Both the position numbers and the translations under genes were made by a program. The notes beneath the pieces were generated by a model. The model saw nothing but the letters and a program-made list of their open reading frames with translations. It was not told where the DNA came from and ran no database searches. Below are positions 1 through 8,260 of a DNA stretch of 42,273 nucleotides, in pieces. The first letter of the stretch is position 1. Every line of letters begins with the position of its first letter. This DNA comes from a virus, in IMG/VR virus record IMGVR_UViG_3300033109_000034. One strand, given 5' to 3'.

Positions 1-239
1 CCGATCTTTTCGGCACCAATGACGCCATTGTGTTTCAGCGCCGTACCGGCGCGCTGCATGTGCTCGACTACAAGCACGGCGCCGGGGTCAAGGTGTTCGC
101 GGAGCGAAACCCACAACTCATGTACTACGGGCTTGGCGCGCTGCTTGAATTTGGCAGCGCCGTGAAATCCGTGACGTTGCACGTCGTGCAACCTCGCTGC
201 GGCAACGGCGCTCCGGAATCATGGACGTGCACACCAGCA
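1..239. repeat. Terminal overlap: exact copy of 42035..42273 (contig closes into a circle; unique length 42034 bp)
   Basis: Read base by base. Both copies run ccgatcttttcggcacc...gacgtgcacaccagca without mismatch, and the repeat lies inside one continuous reading frame. Confidence 0.95.
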
Positions 240-845
240 GAGTTGCTTGAATTTGCCAAGGTGCTTGAGGCGGGTGCCGCAGCTACGCGTCAGCCAAATG
301 CACCCCTTGTCGCGGGAAGCCACTGCCAGTTTTGCCCAGCGTCAGCGACATGCCCGCAACTATATGCAGAGGCCCAGCGCACGGCCTCTGCGGAGTTTGC
401 AGATACCGGCGAAGCGCCAAACCCGATAGCCATGAGTGCGGAGGAGCTGGGCCGACGACTAGCGCAAGCCGAAATTCTCAAGACCTGGATTGCCGCTGTC
501 GAAAGGTTTGCAATGGCTGAAGCTATGGCCGGGCGACTGCCACTCGGTCGAAAGCTCGTGGCGACAAGCCCGCGCCGCGCGTGGGCGGACGGCACGCTAG
601 CTATGCGCCAAGCGCTGAGGCACTTCGACGGGTTGAGTGAATCAGCGGTTTTCGAAACCAAGCCTATCTCGCCCGCCCAGTTTGAAAAGCTGATCGGTAA
701 AAAGCTGGCTGGCGAATTCATGCAGCCGTTTTTGGCCGAACCGAAACAGGGCTTCGCGCTTGTTGCGGCATCTGATAAGCGCGCGGCTGTTACACCCCCA
801 GCAGATGCAGAGTTCGAAAATCTTGAGGAGTCAGACAATGGATGA
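1..845 (+). CDS. PD-(D/E)XK Cas4-like nuclease, DUF2800 family, C-terminal part (5' part is 41698..42273; gene spans the contig junction)
   Basis: Frame is continuous with 41698..42273 through the 239-bp overlap, giving 393 aa in total. Motifs seen: LDYKHGAGVKV, NPQLMYYGLGAL and a C-terminal cysteine cluster CQFCPASATCP. Stop TGA at 843-845. Confidence 0.8.
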   Translation, partial: DLFGTNDAIVFQRRTGALHVLDYKHGAGVKVFAERNPQLMYYGLGALLEFGSAVKSVTLHVVQPRCGNGAPESWTCTPAELLEFAKVLEAGAAATRQPNAPLVAGSHCQFCPASATCPQLYAEAQRTASAEFADTGEAPNPIAMSAEELGRRLAQAEILKTWIAAVERFAMAEAMAGRLPLGRKLVATSPRRAWADGTLAMRQALRHFDGLSESAVFETKPISPAQFEKLIGKKLAGEFMQPFLAEPKQGFALVAASDKRAAVTPPADAEFENLEESDNG

Positions 846-1068
846 GTACACGTACAACGTCGCGGCCGCCGCGGTCTACTGCGGCATCGCGAAAGGCACG
901 ATTTACAAATACCGAGCCAAGAAGCGTTTTCCGGCCGGCATGAAGATCGGCCGCGGATTGCTGTTCAGCCAGAACGAGCTGGACACGTGGAAGTCCACGC
1001 ATGTTGCTGTTCGTCGTGGCCGCCCGCGCAAGCGGCCCGCTGGCGAACAGGCGTCTATGAGCATCTAA
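838..1068 (+). CDS. Small AlpA/excisionase-type (MerR-like) HTH DNA-binding protein
   Basis: ATG at 838 overlaps the upstream stop, with GAGGAG 8 nt upstream. Sequence YNVAAAAVYCGIAKGTIYKYRAKKRFPAGMKIGRGLLFSQNELDTW resembles the HTH_17/AlpA pattern, and the C-terminal tail is basic. Confidence 0.7.
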   Translation: MDEYTYNVAAAAVYCGIAKGTIYKYRAKKRFPAGMKIGRGLLFSQNELDTWKSTHVAVRRGRPRKRPAGEQASMSI

Positions 1069-1098
1069 GCGACAACCCCAAAACAGGCATCAAATCAA

Positions 1099-1740
1099 AT
1101 GGACCAAAATGCACTCAAGGCTATGCTGGCGCGGTTTCCATGTCAGCGCATCGAAGCAACAGGCAACATCAGGACGTGCCCAGTGCGGCTTTCGTTTCCT
1201 AACATTTTCCGGCCCGGTAAGGCGATGGAGGAAGGCAAAGAGCCAAAGTACGGCGTGACGTTGCTTTTTCCACGCGGCGCCGACGTTTCGCTCTTGCGTC
1301 GCGAAGCCGAAGCAGCAGCCGCCGAGAAATTCGGAGCGGACTGGAAGTCACGGCGGTTGACGTTCCCGTTTCGCGACCAGAGTGAAAAGCAGTTTGCCGG
1401 GTTTGAAGCCGGTTGCTTGTTTCTCAACGCCACTTCGACGCGTCGCCCCGGCGTTGTCGATCGTGCAGGCGCCCAGCTGACGGACCCTGACACACTCTAT
1501 CCGGGCGTGTGGGCGCTCGTGACGCTGCGGCCGTTCGCGTACGACAGCAAGTTGAAGAAAGGCGTGGCTTTCGGTTTGCAGAACGTCCAGAAATTCGCGG
1601 AAGGCGAGCGGCTTTCCGGCGGATCATCGGACCCGACAAAAGATTTCGGCCCGATCGACGGATTGGACGACATCGACGTGCTGCTTGGGCAGCCTGATAG
1701 CGGCGTCTCGAATGGAGGTGGTGCCTACGACTTCGGCTGA
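1099..1740 (+). CDS. DUF2815-family protein (phage ssDNA-binding-like)
   Basis: VRLSFPNIFRP...KEPKYGVTLLFPRG is the characteristic N-terminal DUF2815 pattern. It sits in the conserved position between the DUF2800 gene and the polymerase. Confidence 0.7.
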   Translation: MDQNALKAMLARFPCQRIEATGNIRTCPVRLSFPNIFRPGKAMEEGKEPKYGVTLLFPRGADVSLLRREAEAAAAEKFGADWKSRRLTFPFRDQSEKQFAGFEAGCLFLNATSTRRPGVVDRAGAQLTDPDTLYPGVWALVTLRPFAYDSKLKKGVAFGLQNVQKFAEGERLSGGSSDPTKDFGPIDGLDDIDVLLGQPDSGVSNGGGAYDFG

Positions 1741-1754
1741 GCCGCGCCGACAAA

Positions 1755-3905
1755 TTGACCGACCTAACAAAGGTGCTGCCCGTGCATATAGCCCACCACG
1801 ACGCGGAGACGTACTCGACGTGTGATCTCCGCGTTTCAGGCGCATATGTGTACGGGCAGCACCCGTCTACAGATATGCACTGCTTGAGTTATGAGTTGCC
1901 GGGATGGGGCGCGCCTTTGTGCTGGCGACCGTCCGACCCCGACCCGCGAGAGCTACTCGACTACGTCGCGAAGGGCGGGGAAATCGGCGCTTGGAATAGC
2001 CAATTCGAGGAGCATGCAGTCTGGCGCGGTATTATCGCCCGTACAAAACCCCACTGGCCGCAGCCGCGCACGGAACAGTTTCACGACATCATGGCGTGGG
2101 CATACGCGGCATCGCTGCCGGGTGCGCTGAAAGACGCGGCGAAAGCATTAGGCTTGCCCGAGCGGAAAGACGAAACCGGCAACCGCGTGATGAAGCAGCT
2201 AGCGCGGCCCCGCACATTAAATGACGATGGGTCTCCGGTGTGGTGGACGCCGGAAGACTCGCCGGAGAAATTCGAACGCCTTTATAGCTACTGCATTCAA
2301 GATGTGATTGTTGAGCGCGAAGCCGCTAAGCGGCTGCGCCCACTTTCGTCCGCCGAACGCCAGCTGTGGTTGCTTGATCAGAAAATCAATCAGCGCGGTG
2401 TGCTGCTCGATTCGGCCGCGGTGCGCGGAGCGGCAGCGCTTGTGAAGGTGGAGGCCCAGCGCCTCAACACGCGCATGGCCACTATCACCGGAGCCGCCGC
2501 GACGAACGTCGGCGGCATCCTGAAATGGCTGCGGCAATACGTGCCTGATCAAGAGAGCCTGACAAAAGCGGATATCGCGGACCTACTTGCGCGGCCAGAT
2601 TTGCCGGATGTTGTGCGCGAAGTGCTGCAGCTCCGGGCCGCTGCCGGCAAGGCAAGCACAGCTAAAATATCCAAAATGATGAGCTGCGCCGGCAAAGACG
2701 GTCGCGTCCGCGGCATGTTCAATTTTCATCGCGCGACAACCGGGCGCTGGGCTGGGTCGTTGATACAACTGCACAACATGCCGCGCCCGAAGTTTTCGGC
2801 GAAGGAAGCGGCCGAGTGCATTGAGCTATTCGGGCAGCCGAATGGCGCGGATTGCATAGACGTAGGTTATGCAAAGCCAATGGACGCGCTGTCGTGGTGC
2901 CTCCGTGGCATGCTGATCCCGGCGCCGGGGCATCGTTTTATTGGTGGTGACTTTGCCAATATCGAAGGCCGGGTGCTCGCATGGCTAGCCGGCGAAACAT
3001 GGAAGCTCGACGCGTTCCGGGATTATGATCTCAAAGTCGGCCCTGATCTCTATAAACTGGCCTATTCTCGCGCCTTCGACATTCCGCCGGAGGAAATTGG
3101 CAAAGACGATGACCGCCGGCAAATTGGCAAAGTGATGGAGCTTGCATTTGGCTATCAAGGCGGGGTTGGGTCATTCCGCAGTATGGCAAAAAACTATAAC
3201 GCCGACCTTGCCACCATTGCCGATGTCGTCGAGCGGACTGCGGACCCGCGCGCATGGGCACGCGCTGAGAAAAAGCGGCTATGGCTACAGATCGAACACG
3301 GCATGCACGCCGATCTGCCGCCCAAGATTTACACTGGGCTTCGCGTGCTTGTGGACGCATGGCGAGAAGCGCACCCGAACATCACGGCATTCTGGCGTGA
3401 TATGGAGGAGTGCGCGTTATCGGCCGTGAAGCATAAAGGTCAGGTTTTCAAAACAGCGACGGGGCTGATTTCGTTCGTGCGTGGCGAACACTTTTTATAT
3501 CTGCGACTTCCGAGCGGACGCGTTATGAGCTATGCTAGGCCCTCCGTTGAGACCGTCATAAACAAATTTACAGGCGAGCCGCAGCAAGTGGTACAGTTTT
3601 GGGCAGCCGGTAAAGACAAAGACGGCGGAAAAAATGAATTCGCCCCTGTGCAGAGCTATGGGGGCTTGATCTCTGAAAATGCGACACAAGCCGCGGCTCG
3701 TGACGTACTTGCGGAAGCTATGATGCGCCTTGAAGCCGCAAAATATCCTGTTGTTCTGCACGTGCACGATGAGGCGCGGTGCGAGGTGCCCGCCGGGTTC
3801 GGCAGTGTGGCAGAGTGCGCCGAGATCATGGGGGCGTCGCCAGTGTGGGCCGGCGGATTGCCAATCGCCGTTGAGTGCAACGAATTGATGAGATATCACA
3901 AATGA
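1755..3905 (+). CDS. Family A DNA polymerase with 3'-5' exonuclease domain (no 5'-3' exonuclease domain)
   Basis: Exo motifs HHDAETYS, WNSQFEEHAVW and YCIQDVIVE. Pol motif A GGDFANIEGRVLAWLAG, motif B RRQIGKVMELAFGYQGG, motif C VVLHVHDE. The start is TTG in the ORF track. Confidence 0.9.
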   Translation: MTDLTKVLPVHIAHHDAETYSTCDLRVSGAYVYGQHPSTDMHCLSYELPGWGAPLCWRPSDPDPRELLDYVAKGGEIGAWNSQFEEHAVWRGIIARTKPHWPQPRTEQFHDIMAWAYAASLPGALKDAAKALGLPERKDETGNRVMKQLARPRTLNDDGSPVWWTPEDSPEKFERLYSYCIQDVIVEREAAKRLRPLSSAERQLWLLDQKINQRGVLLDSAAVRGAAALVKVEAQRLNTRMATITGAAATNVGGILKWLRQYVPDQESLTKADIADLLARPDLPDVVREVLQLRAAAGKASTAKISKMMSCAGKDGRVRGMFNFHRATTGRWAGSLIQLHNMPRPKFSAKEAAECIELFGQPNGADCIDVGYAKPMDALSWCLRGMLIPAPGHRFIGGDFANIEGRVLAWLAGETWKLDAFRDYDLKVGPDLYKLAYSRAFDIPPEEIGKDDDRRQIGKVMELAFGYQGGVGSFRSMAKNYNADLATIADVVERTADPRAWARAEKKRLWLQIEHGMHADLPPKIYTGLRVLVDAWREAHPNITAFWRDMEECALSAVKHKGQVFKTATGLISFVRGEHFLYLRLPSGRVMSYARPSVETVINKFTGEPQQVVQFWAAGKDKDGGKNEFAPVQSYGGLISENATQAAARDVLAEAMMRLEAAKYPVVLHVHDEARCEVPAGFGSVAECAEIMGASPVWAGGLPIAVECNELMRYHK

Positions 3906-4273
3906 GCCTGTGCCCTCACTGCGGTTCCCCGATTTACGAAATCGGCGTTGAATTCATCTTCGCGGATAACATCGTCCGCGCTGGCGAGACGACGTGCAGG
4001 TTGCGTCCGACGCAGATGCAAATCTTAGAGCACCTTATCGACGCATATCCGCGGGCGCTCGCCACTGATGCGTTGCACGCCGCGATATTCGAAGACCGCA
4101 CCGAGGAAACAATGCCGGCTGCGAACACGCTGGCTGCGTATGTTTTCGATTTGCGCAAGAGGCTCCGCGAATCGTCGATGCCTATCGAAATTCTGAGTGT
4201 GACCACTACAGGCCAATCCGGGATTATGGTTGTTCCGACGACAAAGCACGAGTTTATCCAAAAAGTCGCCTAA
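3902..4273 (+). CDS. Stand-alone OmpR/PhoB-type winged-helix (Trans_reg_C-like) DNA-binding protein with N-terminal CxxC
   Basis: ATGA overlap with the polymerase stop. LRPTQMQILEHLIDAYPRALATDALHAAIF...ANTLAAYVFDLRKRL matches the effector-domain pattern LTxxExxLLxxL...NxxxVxIxxLRKKL. Confidence 0.6.
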   Translation: MSLCPHCGSPIYEIGVEFIFADNIVRAGETTCRLRPTQMQILEHLIDAYPRALATDALHAAIFEDRTEETMPAANTLAAYVFDLRKRLRESSMPIEILSVTTTGQSGIMVVPTTKHEFIQKVA

Positions 4274-4290
4274 CACCAATCGAGGGTGCT

Positions 4291-6285
4291 ATGAGCCGTC
4301 GTGATGTCGCGCTGTCGCTAGCCTCCAAAGGGTTGCGCATTTTCCCGCTGCGCCCTGGCTCAAAAAAGCCTTACGCAGGGGAAGGTGTGTCGGTCGCCAC
4401 GATCGACACCGATCGGATTAGCCGTTGGTTCGCCGAGCGGCCTGACATGAATTTTGGCGTGAGCACGGACGGATTAGCCGTGCTCGACATCGACGCTAAA
4501 AATGGTGTCAACGGCTTCGCGCAAGCGAAGCTGCTCGGGTTGCCTCCGACAATGACGGTTGTTTCTGGCAACGGTGGCGAGCACAGGTATTTCGTCGGAG
4601 CCGGATGGGGGCAAGCGCCGATCGCGCCTGGGCTCGACGTGCGCGCGACGGGCGGTTATGTCGTCGGCCCCGGCTGCAACGTCGCCGGCAATCTGTACGT
4701 GCTGGTCAACGACGCGGACCCTGTACCCGTACCCGAAACGTTGAAGGCATATTTGCATCCGCCCGGCTATCAAGCCGAACGCGACAAGCAGGTATTCAGA
4801 GGGGAGCTTGATACGGATATCGCCGTGCGCCGCGGCGTGGATTATTGCCGCGAGCATGCGCCAGCCGAGCAAGGCTCGCGAAATGTCAGCGCGTATGTTG
4901 TGGCCTGCACGCTTAAAGATTTTGGACTGTCGGAGCACACAATCGCGGAGCTGATGCTAGAGCATTGGAACAACCGCAATGTTCCGCCACTTCCAGATAG
5001 CGACATCGAGAAGTTGGCCGGCAACGCCTGGGTTCACGGAAAACGCATGCCCGGCTGTGCCTCGACGGCTGCCGATCTGCCACCTATTGCGGACTCGGAG
5101 CTGCCCGACACTGACCCAATATTTATGGAAGACGTTGATTTCAACATCGAGCTAGAGGACACTGAGCCGGAGTCTTGGCTTGTGCAAGACGTGCTAGAGC
5201 GTGGGCATTTGACGGGCCTTGTGGCTGAGCCCGGCATCGGCAAATCGCTATTCGCGCTTGGGCTCGCAGTCGGTTGCGCCCGCGGCGATCTAACCGCGTT
5301 CGGGTTTGATTTTATTGGTGCACCAACCAGTGTCGCTATTGTCCAGTTGGAGGACGACACACGCACGCAACGGCAACGTATGCTGGCGATCTGCCGGCAT
5401 CACGGATGGGACCACCGAAAGTTGCAGGGCCGGGTGAAATGGTTTTCGGCACGGGACGCTGGCTTTAAGATTCTCGGCGTTAACGCACAGCGCCGGTTGC
5501 AGCTCACAACGCAATTCGAGAAATTCCGGCAGTACGTCACTGCGCAAAACGTCGGGCTCGTCATATTTGACCCGCTTGTCGAGATGCATGATGGTGACGA
5601 AAACTCAAACGGGGATATGGCAAAAGTCATGTCCGCGGTTCGCGGCCTTGCCCGAGGTACGGATTCCGCAGTGCTTGTTGTACACCATAGCCGCAAGCCC
5701 CCGATCGACGGTAGCGGAGGTGGTGCCGGCAATATGTTCACAGCCCGCGGCGCTGGCGCGCTGGTCGCCGGCTTCCGGTCATCGTTTACGTTGACGCGGC
5801 CCAGCGCCGACGATTGCGCGCTGTACGGTATCAGCGAGTCGCTAGCTGATTGGCTCATCCGATTTGACCGCGCGAAAGGCAACTACAGCGAGCCAGGCCG
5901 GCACACCAAATTTTTCAAGCGAGTGTCAGTCAACGCGGGCAACAGCCGTGTGCGGGCTGACGGTTATGTCATCCCGGCATCGCGCGTGCCAGCGTTTGAG
6001 TTGTGGGACGCCGAAGGGGCGATGCACGCGACGCGAGACGCATACCACCGCACGCTGAGCACTGCAGCTCTCAACGCTGGCGATAACGGACTATCTCTTG
6101 CCGACGCGGTGTTGGCGTTGACTCTCGACCCATATTTTGACGCGCAAGGCGCACCCGCGCTTAAAGCACAGATCGAGACGATTTTTGAGCGGCCCGTTAC
6201 GCTAGACGGCGTGACGCTAGCGCTCGAAACTCGCAAGCAGCGCAAAGTGCTAGTTGCCTACGCGCCGAAGCATGAAGTGGTATAA
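4291..6285 (+). CDS. Bifunctional primase-polymerase (PrimPol) / PriCT-like / AAA_25 RepA-type helicase
   Basis: PrimPol N-terminus: LRIFPLRPGSKKPY, LAVLDIDAKNG, GGEHRYF, DVRATGGYVVGPG. Walker A is GLVAEPGIGKS, Walker B is LVIFDPLVEMHDGDEN, followed by AVLVVHHSRK. SD GAGGGTG lies before the ATG. Confidence 0.85.
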   Translation: MSRRDVALSLASKGLRIFPLRPGSKKPYAGEGVSVATIDTDRISRWFAERPDMNFGVSTDGLAVLDIDAKNGVNGFAQAKLLGLPPTMTVVSGNGGEHRYFVGAGWGQAPIAPGLDVRATGGYVVGPGCNVAGNLYVLVNDADPVPVPETLKAYLHPPGYQAERDKQVFRGELDTDIAVRRGVDYCREHAPAEQGSRNVSAYVVACTLKDFGLSEHTIAELMLEHWNNRNVPPLPDSDIEKLAGNAWVHGKRMPGCASTAADLPPIADSELPDTDPIFMEDVDFNIELEDTEPESWLVQDVLERGHLTGLVAEPGIGKSLFALGLAVGCARGDLTAFGFDFIGAPTSVAIVQLEDDTRTQRQRMLAICRHHGWDHRKLQGRVKWFSARDAGFKILGVNAQRRLQLTTQFEKFRQYVTAQNVGLVIFDPLVEMHDGDENSNGDMAKVMSAVRGLARGTDSAVLVVHHSRKPPIDGSGGGAGNMFTARGAGALVAGFRSSFTLTRPSADDCALYGISESLADWLIRFDRAKGNYSEPGRHTKFFKRVSVNAGNSRVRADGYVIPASRVPAFELWDAEGAMHATRDAYHRTLSTAALNAGDNGLSLADAVLALTLDPYFDAQGAPALKAQIETIFERPVTLDGVTLALETRKQRKVLVAYAPKHEVV

Positions 6286-6292
6286 AGAAAAA

Positions 6293-6316
6293 GCCCGACC
6301 TTTTTAGGGGTCGGGC
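6293..6316. terminator. GC hairpin (gcccgacc / ggtcgggc); canonical intrinsic terminator only for leftward transcription
   Basis: 8-bp perfect stem with an 8-nt loop. On the minus strand it is followed by TTTTTCTTTAT. On the plus strand the T-run is in the loop and no U-tract follows. Confidence 0.45.
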
Positions 6317-6403
6317 CAGTCATCGAGGGGAGGAAACGCCCAAAGTGGGACGCTGCACATTGGCACATACAGGCTCATTGGTCAACAGGGCATTGAGTAA
6401 AAA

Positions 6404-6432
6404 TTGACTTTGAATTAAAACGGGGATAGTGT
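6404..6432 (+). promoter_or_regulatory. Candidate sigma70-type promoter TTGACT-N17-TAGTGT ahead of the lysozyme-family gene
   Basis: Hexamers and 17-nt spacer read directly. It lies in an AT-rich gap right after the hairpin at 6293-6316. Confidence 0.3.
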
Positions 6433-7328
6433 CGGCACGCATCAACTGTTTGAGCGCACAAATGCCAGCATTTGCCCACGTATCCGACGAATACGCCCGT
6501 CTTTGGGACTCGATTGAAATCGTCGAGTCTAAGGCTCGCGACGTTGACGCCATGGCGAAACGGATCGCCGCCGGCAAAGCGCGATATCAGGTTGTCGAAT
6601 CCGCCACTGGCGTTCCTTGGTATGTCGTCGGGCTGATCCATGGCCGCGAGTCTACATGCAATTTCGACACGCACCTGCACAACGGCGACCCGCTGACCCA
6701 ACGAACGTATCACGTGCCCGCTGGCCGGCCGAAAACCGGTACGCCGCCGTTCGACTGGGCTTATTCCGCCGAAGACGCGCTTCGGCTCGATGGACTCGCG
6801 TCGATTAAGCGATGGACGCTTGAGCGCATCGCCTATGAGTTAGAGAAATTCAACGGTTGGGGATACCGCGGCCGGTGCCCGTCGCCCTACCTGTGGTCGG
6901 GTACGCAGCACTATAAGGGCGGCAAATACGTGGCCGATCGCGTATTTGACAAACACGAGTGGGACAAGCAGAGCGGCACGATGGCAGTGCTCAAGCGGTT
7001 GACCGAAATCGACGGCACCATCGCACCAGCTCGCGAGTCCGATATGTCGATGGAAAGCCCAAAAGCGAATACATCGCTCAGCGGCTCGCGGACACTGCTT
7101 GGGTTGCTCTATATCAAGATCGGCGCATTTATCGCGTTCCTGTTCGACTTCGCCGCTGGCATCCCGGATATCGTCACGCAGGCCGAAGCGAACCAATCAC
7201 TTATCGAACGCGGAGCCGCGCTTTTGAGTGTCAACGTCAAGTGGGCCGGGCTGGCGTGCGTCATACTCGGCGTCGTGCTGGCGCTTTATGCCCGAATTGA
7301 CGCGCATGCAAACGGAAAGGTTGGTTGA
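6429..7328 (+). CDS. Lysozyme-family protein (COG5526-like muramidase) with two C-terminal transmembrane segments
   Basis: GVPWYVVGLIHGRES...HNGDPL...VPAGRP...EKFNGWGYRGRCPSPYLW matches the lysozyme-family pattern as I recall it. The C-terminus has LLGLLYIKIGAFIAFLFDFAAGI and WAGLACVILGVVLALYA. The start is uncertain: GTG 6429 or ATG 6462. Confidence 0.6.
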   Translation: MSARINCLSAQMPAFAHVSDEYARLWDSIEIVESKARDVDAMAKRIAAGKARYQVVESATGVPWYVVGLIHGRESTCNFDTHLHNGDPLTQRTYHVPAGRPKTGTPPFDWAYSAEDALRLDGLASIKRWTLERIAYELEKFNGWGYRGRCPSPYLWSGTQHYKGGKYVADRVFDKHEWDKQSGTMAVLKRLTEIDGTIAPARESDMSMESPKANTSLSGSRTLLGLLYIKIGAFIAFLFDFAAGIPDIVTQAEANQSLIERGAALLSVNVKWAGLACVILGVVLALYARIDAHANGKVG

Positions 7329-7329
7329 G

Positions 7330-7836
7330 ATGTTCTACTGGATCGGCGTCGCCGTTGTTGCGGCTATCGCTCTCGATTTCTGCATTGTGGCGTGGCGCAA
7401 CCTTGCCGCGCTCAGACTCGCGGCCGGCGCCGCAGTGCCTTCGCAGGCTGCGGGGTTTTTGCCTGTTGTCGGGTTCGGCGCGATGGGCGTTGCGCTTGAA
7501 CTCGCGAAGGTGTTTCTCGGTGTCGGCCGCACCGTTGCCGCAGATGCCGGCGGCATCGTCGCCGCGCTTATCGGCATTATTCCGGGTGTTCTGGAAAGCC
7601 TCAAAAATCCGCTGATTGCTGCACTCGTTTTCGGCCTTGTTGGTCTCGCGGCCGGCGGCAGAATGGCCGACGTGAGGCACGCTGACAAAATCGCGAGTGC
7701 CATCCGCGGAGCTAACACACGTGCTGACGTTGCTATCAAAGCCGCAGTCGAAAGGGCGAACGCGCGTGCCGATGAAGCCATTGCAAAGATCAGAGCAGAC
7801 GCGGCGCGCAAGCCGACAAAGACCAGCAAGCGCTGA
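7330..7836 (+). CDS. Multi-pass membrane protein (holin-like candidate)
   Basis: ATG lies 2 nt after the upstream stop. About 4 hydrophobic helices (WIGVAVVAAIALDFCIV, FLPVVGFGAMGVALELAKVFLGV, GIVAALIGIIPGVL, LIAALVFGLVGLAAGG) precede a charged C-terminal tail. Confidence 0.55.
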   Translation: MFYWIGVAVVAAIALDFCIVAWRNLAALRLAAGAAVPSQAAGFLPVVGFGAMGVALELAKVFLGVGRTVAADAGGIVAALIGIIPGVLESLKNPLIAALVFGLVGLAAGGRMADVRHADKIASAIRGANTRADVAIKAAVERANARADEAIAKIRADAARKPTKTSKR

Positions 7837-7852
7837 GGGGAGTGCGCAGTCG

Positions 7853-8260
7853 ATGGCCGATGAGTCAACAAACGTCTCGCGTGCTCTGCATGACCATGAC
7901 CGGCGGCTATCCGCTATCGACAGAGAGTTGGCATCGCTGACGACAAGCGTGCGCGAGCTAGCCGAAGTCAGCAAAGCGCAGTCAGAGAGCAGCGGCAAGA
8001 TTGAGAGGCAATTGACCGATCTCGCGGCCACTATCCGCACCACGCCGAAAACAGATATGGGCCGGCTAATCAGCCTTGCCGCGTCCGCGGGTGCGGTGGT
8101 CGCGATGCTTGTTGCCGGCATCACGTACATTGTAACGGGTTCTCAGCAGCCGCTGATCGGGCGCATACAGGCTGACCAGCAATTGCTGACGTACCGGCTA
8201 GAGCAAGTGGAACGTCGGCTGAGTGCGCCCGGCATGTCGCGGTCTTACAATGGCATTTAA
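7853..8260 (+). CDS. Coiled-coil protein with one internal transmembrane segment
   Basis: ATG 7853 follows GGGGAG. Heptad-like LSAIDRELASLTTSVRELAEVSKAQ is followed by the TM segment LISLAASAGAVVAMLVAGITYIV. Confidence 0.5.
   Translation: MADESTNVSRALHDHDRRLSAIDRELASLTTSVRELAEVSKAQSESSGKIERQLTDLAATIRTTPKTDMGRLISLAASAGAVVAMLVAGITYIVTGSQQPLIGRIQADQQLLTYRLEQVERRLSAPGMSRSYNGI

Noticed and set aside
1-239. True direct terminal repeat (DTR) of the virion chromosome
   Set aside because: The repeat interrupts a conserved ORF. The HNH/P27-terS/terL arrangement and the AT-rich gap at 32.0-32.2 kb point to cos ends elsewhere.
7261-8130. 289-aa minus-strand ORF antisense to the membrane-protein genes, and similar long antisense ORFs (12876..13592, 13391..14302, 26987..27799, 5400..5882)
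   Set aside because: These are typical shadow ORFs of GC-rich DNA. They have Arg/Ala/Ser-rich low-complexity translations, no SD and no motifs. The opposite strand carries genes with recognisable domains and translational coupling.
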